Notes: a model not told the origin generated them from the letters alone. Counted from the stretch's first letter, positions 24,171-38,432 are shown. The stretch is DNA of 64,000 bases from Glaucostegus cemiculus (GCA_976551045.1 CDPCPM010000120.1:3286001-3350000); one strand, 5' to 3'. Numbers and translations: made by a program.

Positions 24171-27100
24171 CCCTAATCCAACCTCTGGCCACAATAAGCT
24201 TGAAGACTGGGATGGATGTGGTGGGCTGAGAGGCTTGTTCCTGTGCTGTACAACTCCTATGTCTCTATAATGCTTCCCTAGATATGGTAGTTGTCCCAAT
24301 TTCTGTCCTCCCCTTCCACCTCTTCTTTTCCCTGCACACACAAATCCTGGTTCCTTCTTCCACCCCATTATCTCCACCATTGCTGGCGTCTTCTCCCTCC
24401 TTCCAATCCTCTCCTCAAGTGTTGCTCCCTCAGTCCTGATTCTTTCCCCCCTTGTCCTGCACCTTGACACACAGCCAACATCCTCCTCTCCCCAGCCATA
24501 GCCGAGGCCCAAACTTGTGGCCTTCGACTTCCTGAGCCTGGCCTTTGGAGTGAAGCACCAGATGACAGATTTTTGATGCTGATAATGTGCAGTGCCTATG
24601 CATTACCTCCAATTCCTTGTAACAGATGGGTTCAGAAGAGGACTAACAATCAGGGCAGTTGCTGGTACCCACCACTGTACCATTCAAGTGAAACCTTTAC
24701 AGAAGAGTCTAACCAGAAGCATTAATTTTAAGGAGTGATCCGACACCAAATAGGAAGTTTAGAAATAAATACCCAGGAAATGCTGATAATATGGACCTTG
24801 CTCCCACAGGGAATAGTTGAGGTGAATTTCATGGATGCATTTAAGAGAAAGGTTGATCAGACATATAAACAAGAAAGGAAAAGAGGATTAAGCTGAAAGA
24901 ATTTGATGCTTGAAGGCTGGAATGGAGCAGAGGCCAGCATTGGCTGATTGTGCACAATGTTATGGTCTTTTAAATTCTGTGTAATCCAGTATAATACCAA
25001 GATAATTTGCAACATGCTCCAGGTACTTGAAGTGTTCTTCAGCAAGGTCCAGGAGAAGAGAGGGGTTAGACTATCTGGAGGCAGTGAGGTATTTTCACTC
25101 TGGAAGGTGCTGGCAGGAACTGGAGATATGCCCATCAATTCCAGGAAGATTAAGTGCCAGACAGCAGGGTGGTTTGATAGATGCCTCCAGCAGCATAGCC
25201 ACTAAACTCAGGCCTCTGGAGCTTCAGCAAAGCAGAGAACATTTCTGATTTCTTTTACATTGCATACTAAAATAACACCACGTACGGATGTTGGATAATA
25301 ATCATAAGTTGACTTTGAAAAGAATCTTACTTCTTCACTGCTTGATAAATCAGCATATGTAAACATTTCAGAAATTAAATGTTTCTCTTGTGCAGTTTGT
25401 AAATCATGGTTGTTATAAAAATGTATTTATGTCACATTAGTTCTTAATATATTTTCCAATTTTTAAAACAAAGTAACATTTGGAAATGTTTTGGATGTCA
25501 GTCAATAAGGAGGATTTTGGAGGTCATCTCAGTTAATATATTGTGTAACTGGATAACATCAAAAAGAGTTTTGTCCCCGTTAATGATATACATTATTTGA
25601 AGCCTTATGTGTAGCCTTTGAAACCATAGTATTCAAAAAAAAACTTATATTTATTGGTAAAAGTGTAATTTTCTAGATTTCTCCAGGACACTTTTCATTC
25701 AAATTACATGTACGTTTGCCAGATGTAGTTTTCTGTTGCAAAAAATAATTTAAGTCTTTCTTTCTCAAAAGGATGTGTTGGCATTGCATACAAAATATTT
25801 GTAACTCATCTGCTGAAAATAGGTGCTACATTACATATATGTGTCACGAATAGTTCAAGCCCATAAAAACCCTTCTCCCAAATTAAACTTTTTCTGAGCA
25901 CTTTTACAACTAAGGAGCTAAAGACAAAAAGGTCCCTATTTGAATTCTGTTTCCCAGCAGACCTCTAGAATTTGTACCAGCACAAACTCAGGTACAGCTT
26001 TCAGACTAGTCAAGCCCAAGAGACAAGCAAGAGGGGAAAAAAAATCTACTTCAATCTCTCTTCCCTTTGCATTAGCCCTTCCCAGCTCAGACTCCATCGA
26101 CCTGTCAGAGACATCACCGTGATTGACTGCCCTGGCAGATGTGCTGCTATAACAGGTAACCTGATCATCTAAACCCATCTGTCTCTCAGTTCTCTTCAAT
26201 TCACACTTTGAAAAATATTAGAAATTGGGAGGGGTTGACTTCTTTGTTGTGCAAAAATGGAGGGACTTCACCATCATACAAAAGATTAACCTCAGGGTGG
26301 AAGGATAGTGAGGATGAATGACATTTTTACAACCACACTATATCTAAAATTACTGCAGTAGTTTTTAATAGCTAAAACTAAAGTCCTTATACATTAGGTA
26401 CAGTTTGTATATGGTCTGAACACACTACTGAGACCTCATCGTATTTGAATATTTAATTATTATTCCATGGCCATTCCTTACTAAAAAAAAGATAAATTGA
26501 GTTCAGTAATTAGATTAAACATCTGAATGGTTAAAATTGGTCTCAGTGTTAGTTAGACAGATGGAGTGCTCAGTCGTGTGGAGTCAGAATGGCTGTCTTG
26601 TTCAGCGGGAGAGGGTTTTTGTTTGTCCTCTTTGGTGCCCACAGTCTGGCAAATGTTGTGACATAAGCAAGTAGAATTACTGATTTCACTTTCTCGTGGA
26701 TTGGCTGGAACAAGAACAGGCAGAGAGGTAACCTTAGCATCATGCTGAAATGTTAACTAATTTACTAGTGTCAGTTTTTCCGATAATTACTTTCCACCAA
26801 AATATTTTACTATGCTTATATACAGAGTGTTTCATTCCACAAATCAGCACTCCCACAATGTCGGCTTTTTCTGTCTATCAACAATTGCTAGTCAGGAAGG
26901 ATATAATCTCAAATATATCAGTGCATCACACTCCTCCATTCTAAGCGTTAGTGAAGAAAATTGCAGACATGCTTTCAAAGTATCCTGCCAGAGAACTGGC
27001 TCACTGTTGTAAGAGTAAAACAATATGCCATGGACAGACATAAAAAGGGAGGAATTTGGTGAAACAAATGTCAGTAAACACCCAAAAAGGCAAGTGACAA

Positions 27101-28719
27101 GCTGCAGTCATTTTTTCCAATCAGCATCAGTTGAGAAAAGTAATATAATAAAACACTGCAGTTTGTAGTGTGTAACAGAATATCTTGTTGATTGTTGATT
27201 ATAGAGATTGGATTTGAAATTCAGGGTTGTAAAAATTAAAGATAATCAGATATATTTACATCCATAGAACTTTATAAAATCAAGTAAATTATTTACTTTA
27301 GTTCTGAGCAAATGGAAAGCAATGTAAAATATATCAAGCATTGACTGTTACATCTTAAGCTTAGTAAACCAAACTATAATCATTATAGGTCTGAAGTTTA
27401 CTTACAATAAAAACATTTTTCTTTATTTTTAATCAAACCATAGCATTCTGCAGAAATAATTTATTAAAAATTTGCAACTTATATATAAATGTGCACCTAG
27501 TTTTATTTGAAAGCTTCTGTTCAATGACCTTATTTGGATGCATTTGCTCTTGTTGTTGTATACAGGACTGGATCAGTGTTCGTCAAGAGCGCTAATGTGA
27601 TTCTTGTAGCTGAGGGAAGAGCTGGTGTGTAATTTGCACTTAGGCAGATGACAGCTGTTGAGGAAAATTCGAGAAAGATTGCTGGGGAAAAGCACCTTGC
27701 ACCTTGACTGATTGCAGTTCATCTGATAGCATTCAGGAAGTAATGTCCAGTGGTAGTGTAATACAGACATCAAAGCACCTTGGTAGACGAATATTGAACT
27801 AAAAGGGATGTGAAAGGTGAATGGAAAGCAGCAATGGCCAGATGACTGCGGCTTTACATGAATTAACAAAAAAAATGCCCCTTTTCTTGTGCCCGATTTG
27901 ATGGGACTGTGCTGCAGAACTACATTAACAAGTGCTCCATCTGGTGGTATCATCTTCTATAACAGTCTAAATTTTAAAAATATCAAGAGAATTCAACATT
28001 TTGATAAAAATATAATCACGCATATCCTGTCCTGATGACTAACAATTCTTTCTTAAATTCCTGTCATTAATTCACCTCTCATGACAAGTTTATTATAGAA
28101 AGGATATAATTTTATATAACTTGACAGTTGGATCTTACACTAACTTATTGACATCATCATTTACAGTGGATAAATGGCATTTACTCTATTTCTGAGTCAT
28201 TGAAGGACCATGTGTTTAAGAAAACTACACTGTAGTATTTTGCATCCAACTTTTTAAATGTTATCTTTAACTTATCCATTCCATGTTCAAACAATTCATG
28301 TGCATTCTTGGTGATGCTTTCTTATAGTATGCTAGATTACATTCGGGTAATATTTCCCACATTTGGTACTTTTAACAAAAATGTTAATTTGCATTATCAG
28401 CTGAGAACAATGAGTAGTGTTAAGTGGCTTATTCTCTGCTAATAGTGTTACTATTAGTCCCTTGCCTCTGTACCTTGTTTGAAATTGAGCTGATCTTCTA
28501 ATCGCATTGAATCTTTATTTTTCATACTTTCTCCTTCCACTTTCATAGTCTCACTATATTAGTTTCCTTGGCTCATCTCAATCTGTGTGCTGTTGAATAT
28601 CTCAAGCTTGTGTCACCTGCAGTTGCTCCAATGCTCTTCTGATGGCCTTATATCGTCAACTCTCCATAAACTTCTCATCCACATCTTTTCCATCAAAAAG
28701 GCAAGGTCTTTTATATATT

Positions 28720-29034
28720 CCATTTATTTATTAGTCAAGTGTACATCAAAACACACAGTGAAATGCGTCTTTTTGTGTTAACAACCACTTTCTGGGAATG
28801 TGCTGGGGGCAGCCTGCAAGTGTCACCACACTTCCGGTGCAAACATAGCGTGCCCACAACTTCCTAAACTGTACGTCTTTTTTTGGAATGTGGGAGGAAA
28901 CCGGAGCACCCAGAGGAAACCCACGCAGATATGGGGAAAACGTTACAAACTCCTTACAGACAGCGGCCAGAATTGAACCCAGGTCGCTGGCACTGTAATA
29001 GTGTTATGCTGCCCACTACACTACCATGCTGCCC
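28720..29034 (-). mobile_element. tRNA/V-domain SINE, full length
   Basis: Reverse-complement homolog of 43971-44264, with head, V-domain and tail ending gactaataaa. Confidence 0.9.
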
Positions 29035-31339
29035 ATCATTGCAACCTACCCTCAGGACACCAGTGTATGTGTATTGCCTTCAAGTTATTCATCAATGTAA
29101 CCAGATCCTGCTCGATAATCCCTTTTTCCAGAACGTCCTGTTTCTCTGACTTTGGCCTTTTGTAATTTCCTTCTTCTCTTCCCCCTAACTATAAAGAATT
29201 ATGCATGCATATCAAAAAAATTTCATATGTTGGAAATGTGAAAGGGAAAACCCTAGAAATACTCAGCTAGTAAGGTAGCATCTGTGGAAAGAAGTCAGGT
29301 TGGAGATCCTTCGTCAATTGTTGAAAAAGTACTGAGCAGGGTTGCTGTCTGGTTCATAGCCAGTAGTTCTGTCTACCTTGGTTTCCTCTAGCTCCTTTAA
29401 AAGCCTCCTTTAAATCCATCTCTTTGCTGAACTTTAGTTAACACCTTTATTATCTCCTCTTTGCTGCAGCTGCTTTTATCCTTAAATAAATTGATGTAAA
29501 TTAGCAAGAATGGTATTGCTTATTAAAAGGCAGGCATTATAAATCTGTTCAGCACATGCAGTGCAAGATGAGAGACATGTTTGGCAAATCAACAGGATTT
29601 ATAAGAAGCACAAAAGCTGTTGTAAAATACCATAAAATTGAAATCAACAAGTTGAAAAATTGCACTTCTATGGGTTTTATTGCTTTACAATTTTTTCATT
29701 CCAGTACCCAAAAGAGGCACTTAGTAAGCTATGTCATGATGTAAATGTTATTGTATGCTTTAGTGCCCTTTTCAAGCAATAAGCATTGAGATGCATTTCC
29801 CTTCCTTACCAATTAGAGCACTTTCATAGTAAATTTATTTATCCAAAATTTAAGTAAATAGCTTTGTCTTTTTTTTACGCAGCGATTCTTACTATAACTT
29901 GGTTTTCTTCGTTCTATTAACCATGCTGACCAAGTATTACAAACTCCACAGTTGACTTATTGAGCTTATTGTCATTTATAGCAGATAAATGGCAGTTTTG
30001 CTACTTCACAAATGTTAAAGGAGCATTACTACAGGTGCATTATGATCGGCTGATGTTCAATTGTTCCTGCAAACAGAATCCTATGTATGAAATTGCATGC
30101 ATTCAAACTGCTGTCACTCATCACTTTCCTTTTCGGATGAAGTTCATCAAAATCGGCAAGGAACAGAATATTGAGCTTTTTATCAAAAAAGAGGGAATTA
30201 TGCTTTAAACAGTCACTTTGTTCTATATACCACTCAATTCAGCTCAACTTTAAACAAAACTTTTTCATCTAGGCTGTTGGCTTAGTGGTATAACAAACAC
30301 TAACTAACAATTTGAAATTTAATACTACCCCTTGTCCGAAAACAACCTTATGTTATGGGAGTTTTACTTTCATCAGCATGTGTTTCATAAAAATCATATC
30401 TAACTTAGTCATTTGAGAGCCTACACAAATGAAAGAACCCATGAATAGGTACTTATTTCCCATATGTGAATCAAGTTTGTGGAGAGTATTTGGTGTCACT
30501 ATGCTTTAATCTACACACAATGAACAAATATTGTTCCAAGCTTATATAGACAAATGGATTTTGGGTGATATTGGTTTGTTCACACTTGGCAGTACATCCT
30601 TACCTGATTTTTTTAAAGAAATATTAATGAGATAAAGGGTATTTTACTGATTTGGAAAAGAGAGCAAAGGAGAATGGAACTCAGCAGGTAAGAATTATCA
30701 CTGATCAATGCTTTTGTTTTGTGTATTGAGTGAAATAACAAAAGGTTGCAGCACAGATGTCTAAGTCAGTACCATATTTGATCTTCATAGTTAGAAACAC
30801 AGCAAACTACTTCAATAATGAAAAAAACAAGTCACAGAAGGTTCTATAAACTTTGATTCAGCAAGTGATGGTTAATTTTGCACAAAAATCCAACTTTTAC
30901 ACCTTTCATTTTTAAAATATTAATTGACCAGGAATTATGACTGCATGTGCATATCCATTTGCTTTAGATACTGATGGAGCAGATGTGTTGAAGTGCAGAG
31001 CTTCGACTTGGAAGAGAAAGTCACTCATTATAGCCCTTTAAACAAATGTTCATTTGCAAACTTGAAGAGAAAGAGTAACAGCAGAGAACATAACCCTTGC
31101 TTTGCCCTGAGTTCACTCAATGATATAGTATTGTCGTACATCAGCACAAAGCCTCTTCTTTATGCATTTCTGCCAGGTCCAACATGACAGCCCGCAAAAC
31201 AAGGAAACTTTAAATATTAAGGTCATCAAGTTGTCCTATAAGATACGAGTCATCAGATTTGTGACATGTTCCTCTGAAATTCCTTTTCAGGTATTTTAGC
31301 AAAGACTAACATCAAATAAATTTAAATAGCAATCAAAAA

Positions 31340-31520
31340 TCAAAAAAATGCAGATACTGGAAATCTGAAATCAAAACAGAAAATGATGGAAATATTCAGC
31401 TGCTTGGATAACATCTATGGAGAAAGAAACAGAATTAACAGAAGATTATTGACCCAAAAAGTTAACACTGCTTCTCTCTTCACAAATGCTGTCTGAATTT
31501 CTGGGCTTTTCTATTATTTT
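31340..31520. repeat. Older Penelope-terminus-derived palindromic element
   Basis: tgcagatactggaaatctgaaatcaaaacagaaaatgatggaaatattcagc...gttaacactgcttctctcttcacaaatgctgtctga, same layout as 12916-13073. Confidence 0.6.
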
Positions 31521-33349
31521 AGGCTATTGAAGTGGATTTTAAGATGTATGAAAAATTGGTATCAGCGGTTTCAGTGGTTAAGAAACATTTTTTTATTTTA
31601 AATTTTACTAAAATCAGCAAAGGCAGACCCTGATGTATGGATAAGTATGGATAAGATAACATTAAAACAAAACAGTTGGAATGATATATCAAAAATAAGG
31701 TTGGAGTTGTATTATATTTGAGCACCTCCGATTGATGTAAGGCAGGTTTATTGTGTTAGTGCAATATGCAGTTTCCTGATTAATAATTTTAGCAAAAAGT
31801 GCTTTGTGTCAAGCCTACAACAGCAAAAAATTTGTATCCTTAGTCAGCTGCACCACACTGTAATAACATAACTAAATTAATTTAATTCTTTAAAGAAAAT
31901 CTATCAAATATGGGGAAGGTGTGGATCAGTCACGTTTGCCAATCATATAAAAAAAACTATCAATTAAACCTTGTAATTTTAAATTTCCTTTCTTGAAATT
32001 CAAAAACATGAGGTATGCTTTAGAGTATTTCAGTAATTCATTTGTAATCTACTTTGCAATAACAAGATACTTGTGAATTTAATTTAATTAGGATTTAAAT
32101 CAATTTAGAGAGAAGTGCTTTAGTCACTCTTATAAATTAATTTATATCTCAAGTTTCATTGAGATACCCAAGTTTGGCTTATGTGGAGCATTTTGCAACA
32201 TAGCCGTTTAGATATGCATGTTCACTTTAAAGCCTTTAAATTGATCAAGATGTTGGCACTGCCCACTGATCACACTGTCACCATTAACAACCATTTTGAT
32301 CTTGGACACCCCACTGCAAGGTTCACTGGCAGCCTAAATCTTGTGCAATAATTGAAGATGTGGTAGTCAGACCAATGTCAGGTTCACGAGTAAGGGGGTG
32401 GCACGTGAGGAAGGATGGTCTGGCAGATGCAGCATGGCAGTTAGGACCTATAGTGAGTTCACAGAAGAAAACCTGTGGCTGGGCACATGAGGGAATTCTT
32501 CAGGAAGAACAGGAGTCTGAGTTTGGGATGTGTGAAGGCTCTGGAAGGTTTGGGACGTGGGGCCAGGGCAAGCTGGGAGTCCTTGGAAGGATCGGGAGCT
32601 TGGATGATTGGTGGGATTGGAGGAGTCTTGGAGGAATGGAAGGGTCTCAGAGATTTAGAAAGATCAGAATTTGGAGCGTTGGGAGGATTGGAAATTTGGG
32701 AGGAGAACAAGAACACTAGGGGATCACTGATTCAGTGATGAGAGTCAGGGCCTGAGTCTTGGTGGTTGTCATGATCAGTGTCAGTGAGCTGGGTGGGGTG
32801 GAGGGGGAATCGATGCAGTGTTGGAGGGGCTTACCTCGCACATCACAAGCAAGCATTACATCACCAAACACAGTTCTCCTGGAAGCAACCAATGATGGTC
32901 ATTCCTGGGACAATTACGTCCAACAATTTTCCAGAAGGCATGTTGCAGAGCAACTGATGTCATCCTAAGTTAACTGATGTGGGAGTCATGTCAGCTGGAC
33001 AAAGGTGAGTGTCCCAAGAAATGCCCGGTTGAATTTCCAGAGAGATGCAAAGTGAGATGGTCATTCTCCTGTTTGATTGGGGGGGATATCAGGTTTAAAG
33101 TGTATAACTCTGAACAAAAGAGTGACGTGTGATTGTATTTCTCGGCTTCTTTAACTGATGAGACCAACACATTGAAAGGAAAACAGAGAAAGAGTTAAAA
33201 TAGCAGGTAGATTGGACTGAGTGAGCTTAATATCAAAACAGGTACAGAAAGAGAAGTAGCAGAAAAGAATGACTGAATTCAGAGTGAAAGAGAAAAGAGA
33301 CAAGAAATATTATGATTTAAAAAAATTTCCAAGTCATTTTTTTCTCTCT

Positions 33350-33394
33350 GTGGTGCAGCACTGAAGGAGTATTACCATCTTTCAGATGAGGTAT
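33350..33394 (+). mobile_element. DeuSINE/SacSINE1-like SINE, 5' piece (continues at 35386-35550)
   Basis: gtgcagcactgaaggagt...ccatctttcagatgag. Confidence 0.45.
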
Positions 33395-35385
33395 AGTCAC
33401 AGAGTTGTGCAGCGCAGAAACAGGCCCTTCAGCCCAGCACGTCCATGCTGACCTTTTTGCCAATCCACACGAATGCTATTTGCCCACTTTAGGTCCGTAT
33501 CCTTCTATGCCTTGCCTACTTAAGTGTCTGTCTAATTGCCTCTTAAAGTGATTCTGCGTCTGATTGCACCACCTCCTCTGGCAGTGAATTATAGATATCA
33601 GCCATTCTCTGTATAAAAAAACTTTCCCTCAATTCCCTTTAAAACTCCCTACTCGCACCATAAAGCTAGTCCCTCTTGTTTTTGATAGCCCTACCCTGGG
33701 AAGGAGATTCTGACTATCTACCCTATTTATGTCTCTTATAATTTTATATGCCTCTGTCAGGCATTCTTCACTCCAGAGAAAAGAAGCTCAGACTATCCAA
33801 TCTCTCCCCATCAATAAAGTCCTCGAATCCAGGCAACATCCTGGTTAATCTCCTCTGCACCCTCTCCAGCACAACCACATTCTTCCAATAGTGTGGCGAT
33901 GGGAACTGTGCACAGTACTCCAAGTACATTCTAACCAATGTTTTTTAAAGTTGCAACATAATGTCCCAACTTTTGTATTCTATGCCCTGACCCGTGAAGG
34001 CAAGCTTGCCATATACTTTCTTTAACGATAGCGTAGCAGTTAGCACGACGCTGTTACAGTGCCAGCACCCGTCACTGACTGTAAGGAGTTTGTACATTCT
34101 CCCATGTCTGCGTAGGTTTCCTCCGGGTGCTCTGGTTTCCTCCCACATTCTAAAAGACGCACAGGTAGGTTAATTTTGGGGTTTAAAATGGGCGGCGCGG
34201 ACTCATTGGGCCGAAAGGGCCTGTTACCATGCTATAAATAAAATTTAAATTTAATATAAATTTACCAGCTTACATTCCGATGTTGTCACTTTCAGGGAAC
34301 TATGGACTTGGACCCCAAGGTTCCTCTGTTCATCAGCATTCTTTATCATCCAGCCATTTACTGTATATGTCCTATCCCTCTTTTGTCTCCTAAAATGCAC
34401 CACCTCATACTTGAGGAGTTTAAATTCCGTCTGCCAATGCTCCACCCAGCTTTCCACTTGATCTATATCCTGTGGTGGCCTTAGACAGCCTACACTATCT
34501 ACAACATCACCAACTTTTGTATCATCCACAAACTTACTAATTATACCTCCTACTTTCACGTCCAATTCATTAGTATATATTACAATCATCAAGGGTTCCT
34601 GCACCAATCCTTGCAGTACTGTCTTCCAATCAGAAAATCATCCTTCCACCACTAACATCTGCCTCCTTTCATCAAGCCAATTTTGGACATAGTTAGCCAG
34701 CTCGCCCTGGATCCCTTGTGCTTTAACCTTCTGGACTAGCCTAACATGCAGAACCTTGTCAAATGCCTTATTGAAGACCATATAGACAACATCTACCACC
34801 CTGCCTTCATCAGTCTTCTTAATTAGCCACTCAAAAACCACAATCAAATTAGTGAGATAAGATTTCCCCTGCACAAAGCATTGCTGACTCTTCCTGATCA
34901 GCCCCTGCCTTTCCAAGTGTACATAAGTCCTATCTCTTAGGATTTTCTACAGTAATTTCACTGCCACTGACATAATGCCTGTAGTTAACTGATGGCTTTG
35001 CTGCCCTTCTTAAATAATAAGCAACATTAGCTGTTCTCCAGTCTTCTGGCACCTTACCTGTGGCTAACAGAGATGCAAAACTCTCCTATCTCCTTCCTTG
35101 CTTCCCGTTACGACCTAGGATAGTTCTCCTCTGGTCCTGGGGAATGATCAAGCATTTGGCATCCCATGATATCTATCACATCTTCCTTCTTAATATTCAC
35201 CTGCTCCAGGTTATCCACGTACCCCTCCCCAAACTCACTATATTCCATGTCATCCCCCTTGTTGAATACAAATCAGGAGTATTCATTTAGGATCTCACCC
35301 ACATCAACTGGCTCCATATACAGATAACCCTCTTAGACCCTAAGGGGACCTATTCTTCTCATGGCTAACCTTTTGCACCTGATAT
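33395..35385 (-). mobile_element. CR1 (HER1-like) LINE, 5'-truncated, RT to 3' end
   Basis: ORFs 34638-34916(-) DVVYMVFNKAFDKV and 34251-34607(-) KFVDDTKV; HER1-type 3' end at 33395-33450; flanked by aggtat at 33389-33394 and 35386-35391. Confidence 0.92.
34026..34263 (+). mobile_element. tRNA/V-domain SINE nested in CR1
   Basis: tagcgtagcagttagc head, ggtttcctccgggtgctctggtttcctcccacattc V-domain, tail ggactcattgggccgaaagggcctgttacc and AT-rich end. Confidence 0.9.
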
Positions 35386-35550
35386 AGGTATTAAAGTGAT
35401 GGTCAATATCATATTGATAATTGTGAGAGCTTGCTATGCACAAATTGGCTGCCATGTCAATTTTAGCAAAATACATTTCAAAAAGAAATTATTAGTTGTA
35501 AAGAGCTTTGGGAAACAATGAAAAGTACCAGGTAAATGCAAGTCTGTTCT
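35386..35550 (+). mobile_element. DeuSINE/SacSINE1-like SINE, 3' piece
   Basis: gagagcttgctatgcacaaattggctgcc...tgtaaagagctttggga...taaatgcaagtc. Confidence 0.65.
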
Positions 35551-37729
35551 TGTTTGATAATATGATTGTGTTAAAATATGTTGGAACAATCTTCATCCAT
35601 TCATAGTAATTAGGCTTATTTTATCACTCATGTTAACAGTAAATAAAGAGCTAGTCAGTCTGTTCTACAGAAATCTTTTTGTGATATTAAGCCACCAAAG
35701 AAACCACATCGGGAAACTGAACTTTTATGTTGGTTACTATTTTACTGTCTTTATTAGAAGAACCTGAAATTATTACTCCAAATAACAAATGCAGAGAACG
35801 TGCCAAATGATAGTTTAAAGTGCAGAAAAAGTGGGATTAAATTTATCATTAAAGAATGCTATCGTTAATAGAGCGCATGCCTTGTTGTGGGAATAAGAGG
35901 ACACTTAGATCTAAGTGTAAACAATCATAATTTATTTATCATGACATCTCTCAAGCATGTTTGAGGAAGTGTTTTAAATACAAGCTACATGTTCAACAAG
36001 GTTGGTGACTAATGGTTAATGATTAAAAAGGCTAATATCAAAGACCAATTATATTTTGCTTGCTTTTTGTTTACTGTGGAAATCCTATTATGTAAGAAAC
36101 TGTGTCAAGTGTACATTGTCCTCTTAGTGTAGTTTTATAACTAAGCAATGGCTTAGGTGTTGAATATAATAACTGAGGTAAAATAATACTGCCTGAGATG
36201 AGTAAAACGCAATATGCAAAACATTTCTGCTACCATTTAGTGCCAGCAACACAAGCATATGACTGTGTTTGTCTATGTATGTTTACATCACCTGTCAGAC
36301 AAAACACAAGAAACAAGAAGAGAAATGTAAATTGATCCCTCCCTCTAGTTGAATATTTAATGCAGTCTACAAGGAAGAAAATCACAGTCTAGTTTTCTAT
36401 TGCCTTTCTTTTCTTGAAATGTTCTAAATATCTCAAGGGAGGGATGTTTTTCGGTCCTGGTCACTACCAGGGTCCATTTACTGCAGGATCTTTGCTCCCC
36501 AATCTTGGATTTCTTTCTGTCTCCTGAAACTAAATTTACTTCATTTTAGCCACCTCAAAGCAGACTTGTGTGTATATATTTTCAAGGAAATTTGATTGCT
36601 TGTATGGATTTTTAAATCAGTTTTCAGATCAAATTCAGAAATATGTAAACTGTTGTGTTATTTCATCATGCAGGGCTGGAACAAATACCTCAGACACTGA
36701 ACATCCAATACTATAAAGTGATCTTTAACTGAGACAACTAGAACATAAATGGATTAAAGTGGCTAGTAATGGGAAAACAAGTACCCATTCAAAGTGCAAT
36801 GGGAAGAAATTTAAGACAAAGAAAGTTGCATTATAAATGTATTCACACTTACTGCTCTGCTGAAATATGAGCCTGTACTCTTTCCTGATTTTGTCTTCCA
36901 TACTATGAAATTATTTAATGTCTTCCTTTAATGCGCTCAATATGTAATGCATTTATATCAAGTAACTGTTGTAGGTTTGTAATTCAGTCTAAAAAGTTGT
37001 GATTTAATTGTGATCGACAAATATGCACTAAAACCAATGTTCATTGACATAAAACCTTATCTGAACTTCAAGTGAATGTAACAGACTGTTAAAGAGTCTA
37101 ACTAATAGCAATCTTCAGATTTTTAAACCTTTTATAACTGGTCATAACAACATACTCTGTTTAACAGACTTATTGAGCTTTATTACTGTTTTGACATTTT
37201 TAATTTACAATAGCTTATTCTGAAACTCAAATTTTGCTTTAATTTTAATTTAACTTTAGTGTAAATCAATCATTTTGAACTGAAAGCAGGTTTAAAATGT
37301 AAAATCAAAGTTTTTCACTAGATATATTACATTTGCATTGAATGTATATTTCATGCTAACTATTTATTATTAATCTAAAGTTATCTTACTTTCAGTGGCA
37401 TGCATTGGTATTTATTCAAACTTATTTTGGAGGAAAACATTAAACACAAACATATTGCGTGTGAATATATGTGTGTTCCTTACATGTTTCATAATTATTG
37501 GAGGCACATGATTCTGATTCATTACATAATGGTGGAACAGACAAAGTGCTCTAGCAAATTAATTTTTTTCACAGTGGATGTAACCTGTTTTCATAAGCTA
37601 GTGAATTAAGCTTGAAAAGCAAAATTGTACTGTATTTGCTATATATCATCTTAGGTGTAATATTGAATTCAAGATGATTAAACTCCTAATATTTTAAATT
37701 TTCCTCAATTTGTAATATAATGTATAAAA

Positions 37730-37950
37730 TGAACAATTTGCACAGCAAAATATCCTCCAAAGTGCTTCACAAAATTAAAATCAGATAAGAAGTGGAATCA
37801 TAAGACAGAGAATGAAATAAGAGGAGTAGAGTCCGAAAGCTTGGACGATTGGCTGATTTTACGAGGAACCTGGAAGACTGAGGTGCAGAATGTTTCACGA
37901 AAGGAATTTTAGAGTTTTGGACAGGACACCAATACTGAGCTGAAAAGAAA
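37730..37950 (-). mobile_element. L2-type LINE 3' fragment
   Basis: ccaaagtgcttcaca...gaaagcttgg...aggaattttagagttt. Confidence 0.4.
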
Positions 37951-38299
37951 GAGGGATAGGCATGAATTAAATTATCACTGACTTATCCAGGTCCTGAACG
38001 ACAGTCTCAAGATGTTGTATTTCTTACAAAACTCAGCATATAAACAGAGATTAAAAAGCAACATATCAGCACCAATATCAGAACAGCTCCTATTACCATA
38101 TGATAATAATAACAACTATTATATTTAAATTGGGACTGTAGATCAATCAGTTTATTGTAAGGAATTACTGTTAACACTAAAGGGTGTTAGGCGCTCAGAA
38201 ATGCACCAGCACTTTAAATGCCCGCCACCAATTCGTTCACTTTAAATCTATTTAACCGGCTGAATTTAATTTAATTTTCGTGGTTTTAATTTTTTTTAG

Positions 38300-38432
38300 T
38301 GTGTGTCAGTATGTCACTTTTGCTTGTTATTGAATGTGACGTGCACCTGTGGAGGACGGTATCTCGCTCCTATGCATACTGTGTGTGTGTATATGGTTGT
38401 GACAATAAAAATGATTCTGATTCTGATTCTGA
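38300..38432 (+). mobile_element. Retroposon 3' end with (GATTCT)n tail (Rex1/Babar-like)
   Basis: tgtgacaataaaaat followed by gattct repeated three times. Confidence 0.5.

Noticed and set aside
30660-30695. Plus-strand donor cag|gtaaga
   Set aside because: No upstream acceptor or open frame that would define an exon
32360-32970. Cluster of overlapping ORFs in G-rich sequence
   Set aside because: Low-complexity purine-rich DNA, probably the interior of a non-autonomous element; ORFs arise from stop-codon depletion
33150-33200. CTGATGA...GAAA hammerhead-like core
   Set aside because: The intervening gaccaacacatt cannot form stem II and no stem III is evident
34251-34916. RT-like ORFs as a possible domesticated or functional gene
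   Set aside because: Broken into separate ORFs, 5'-truncated and interrupted by a SINE; an ordinary dead CR1
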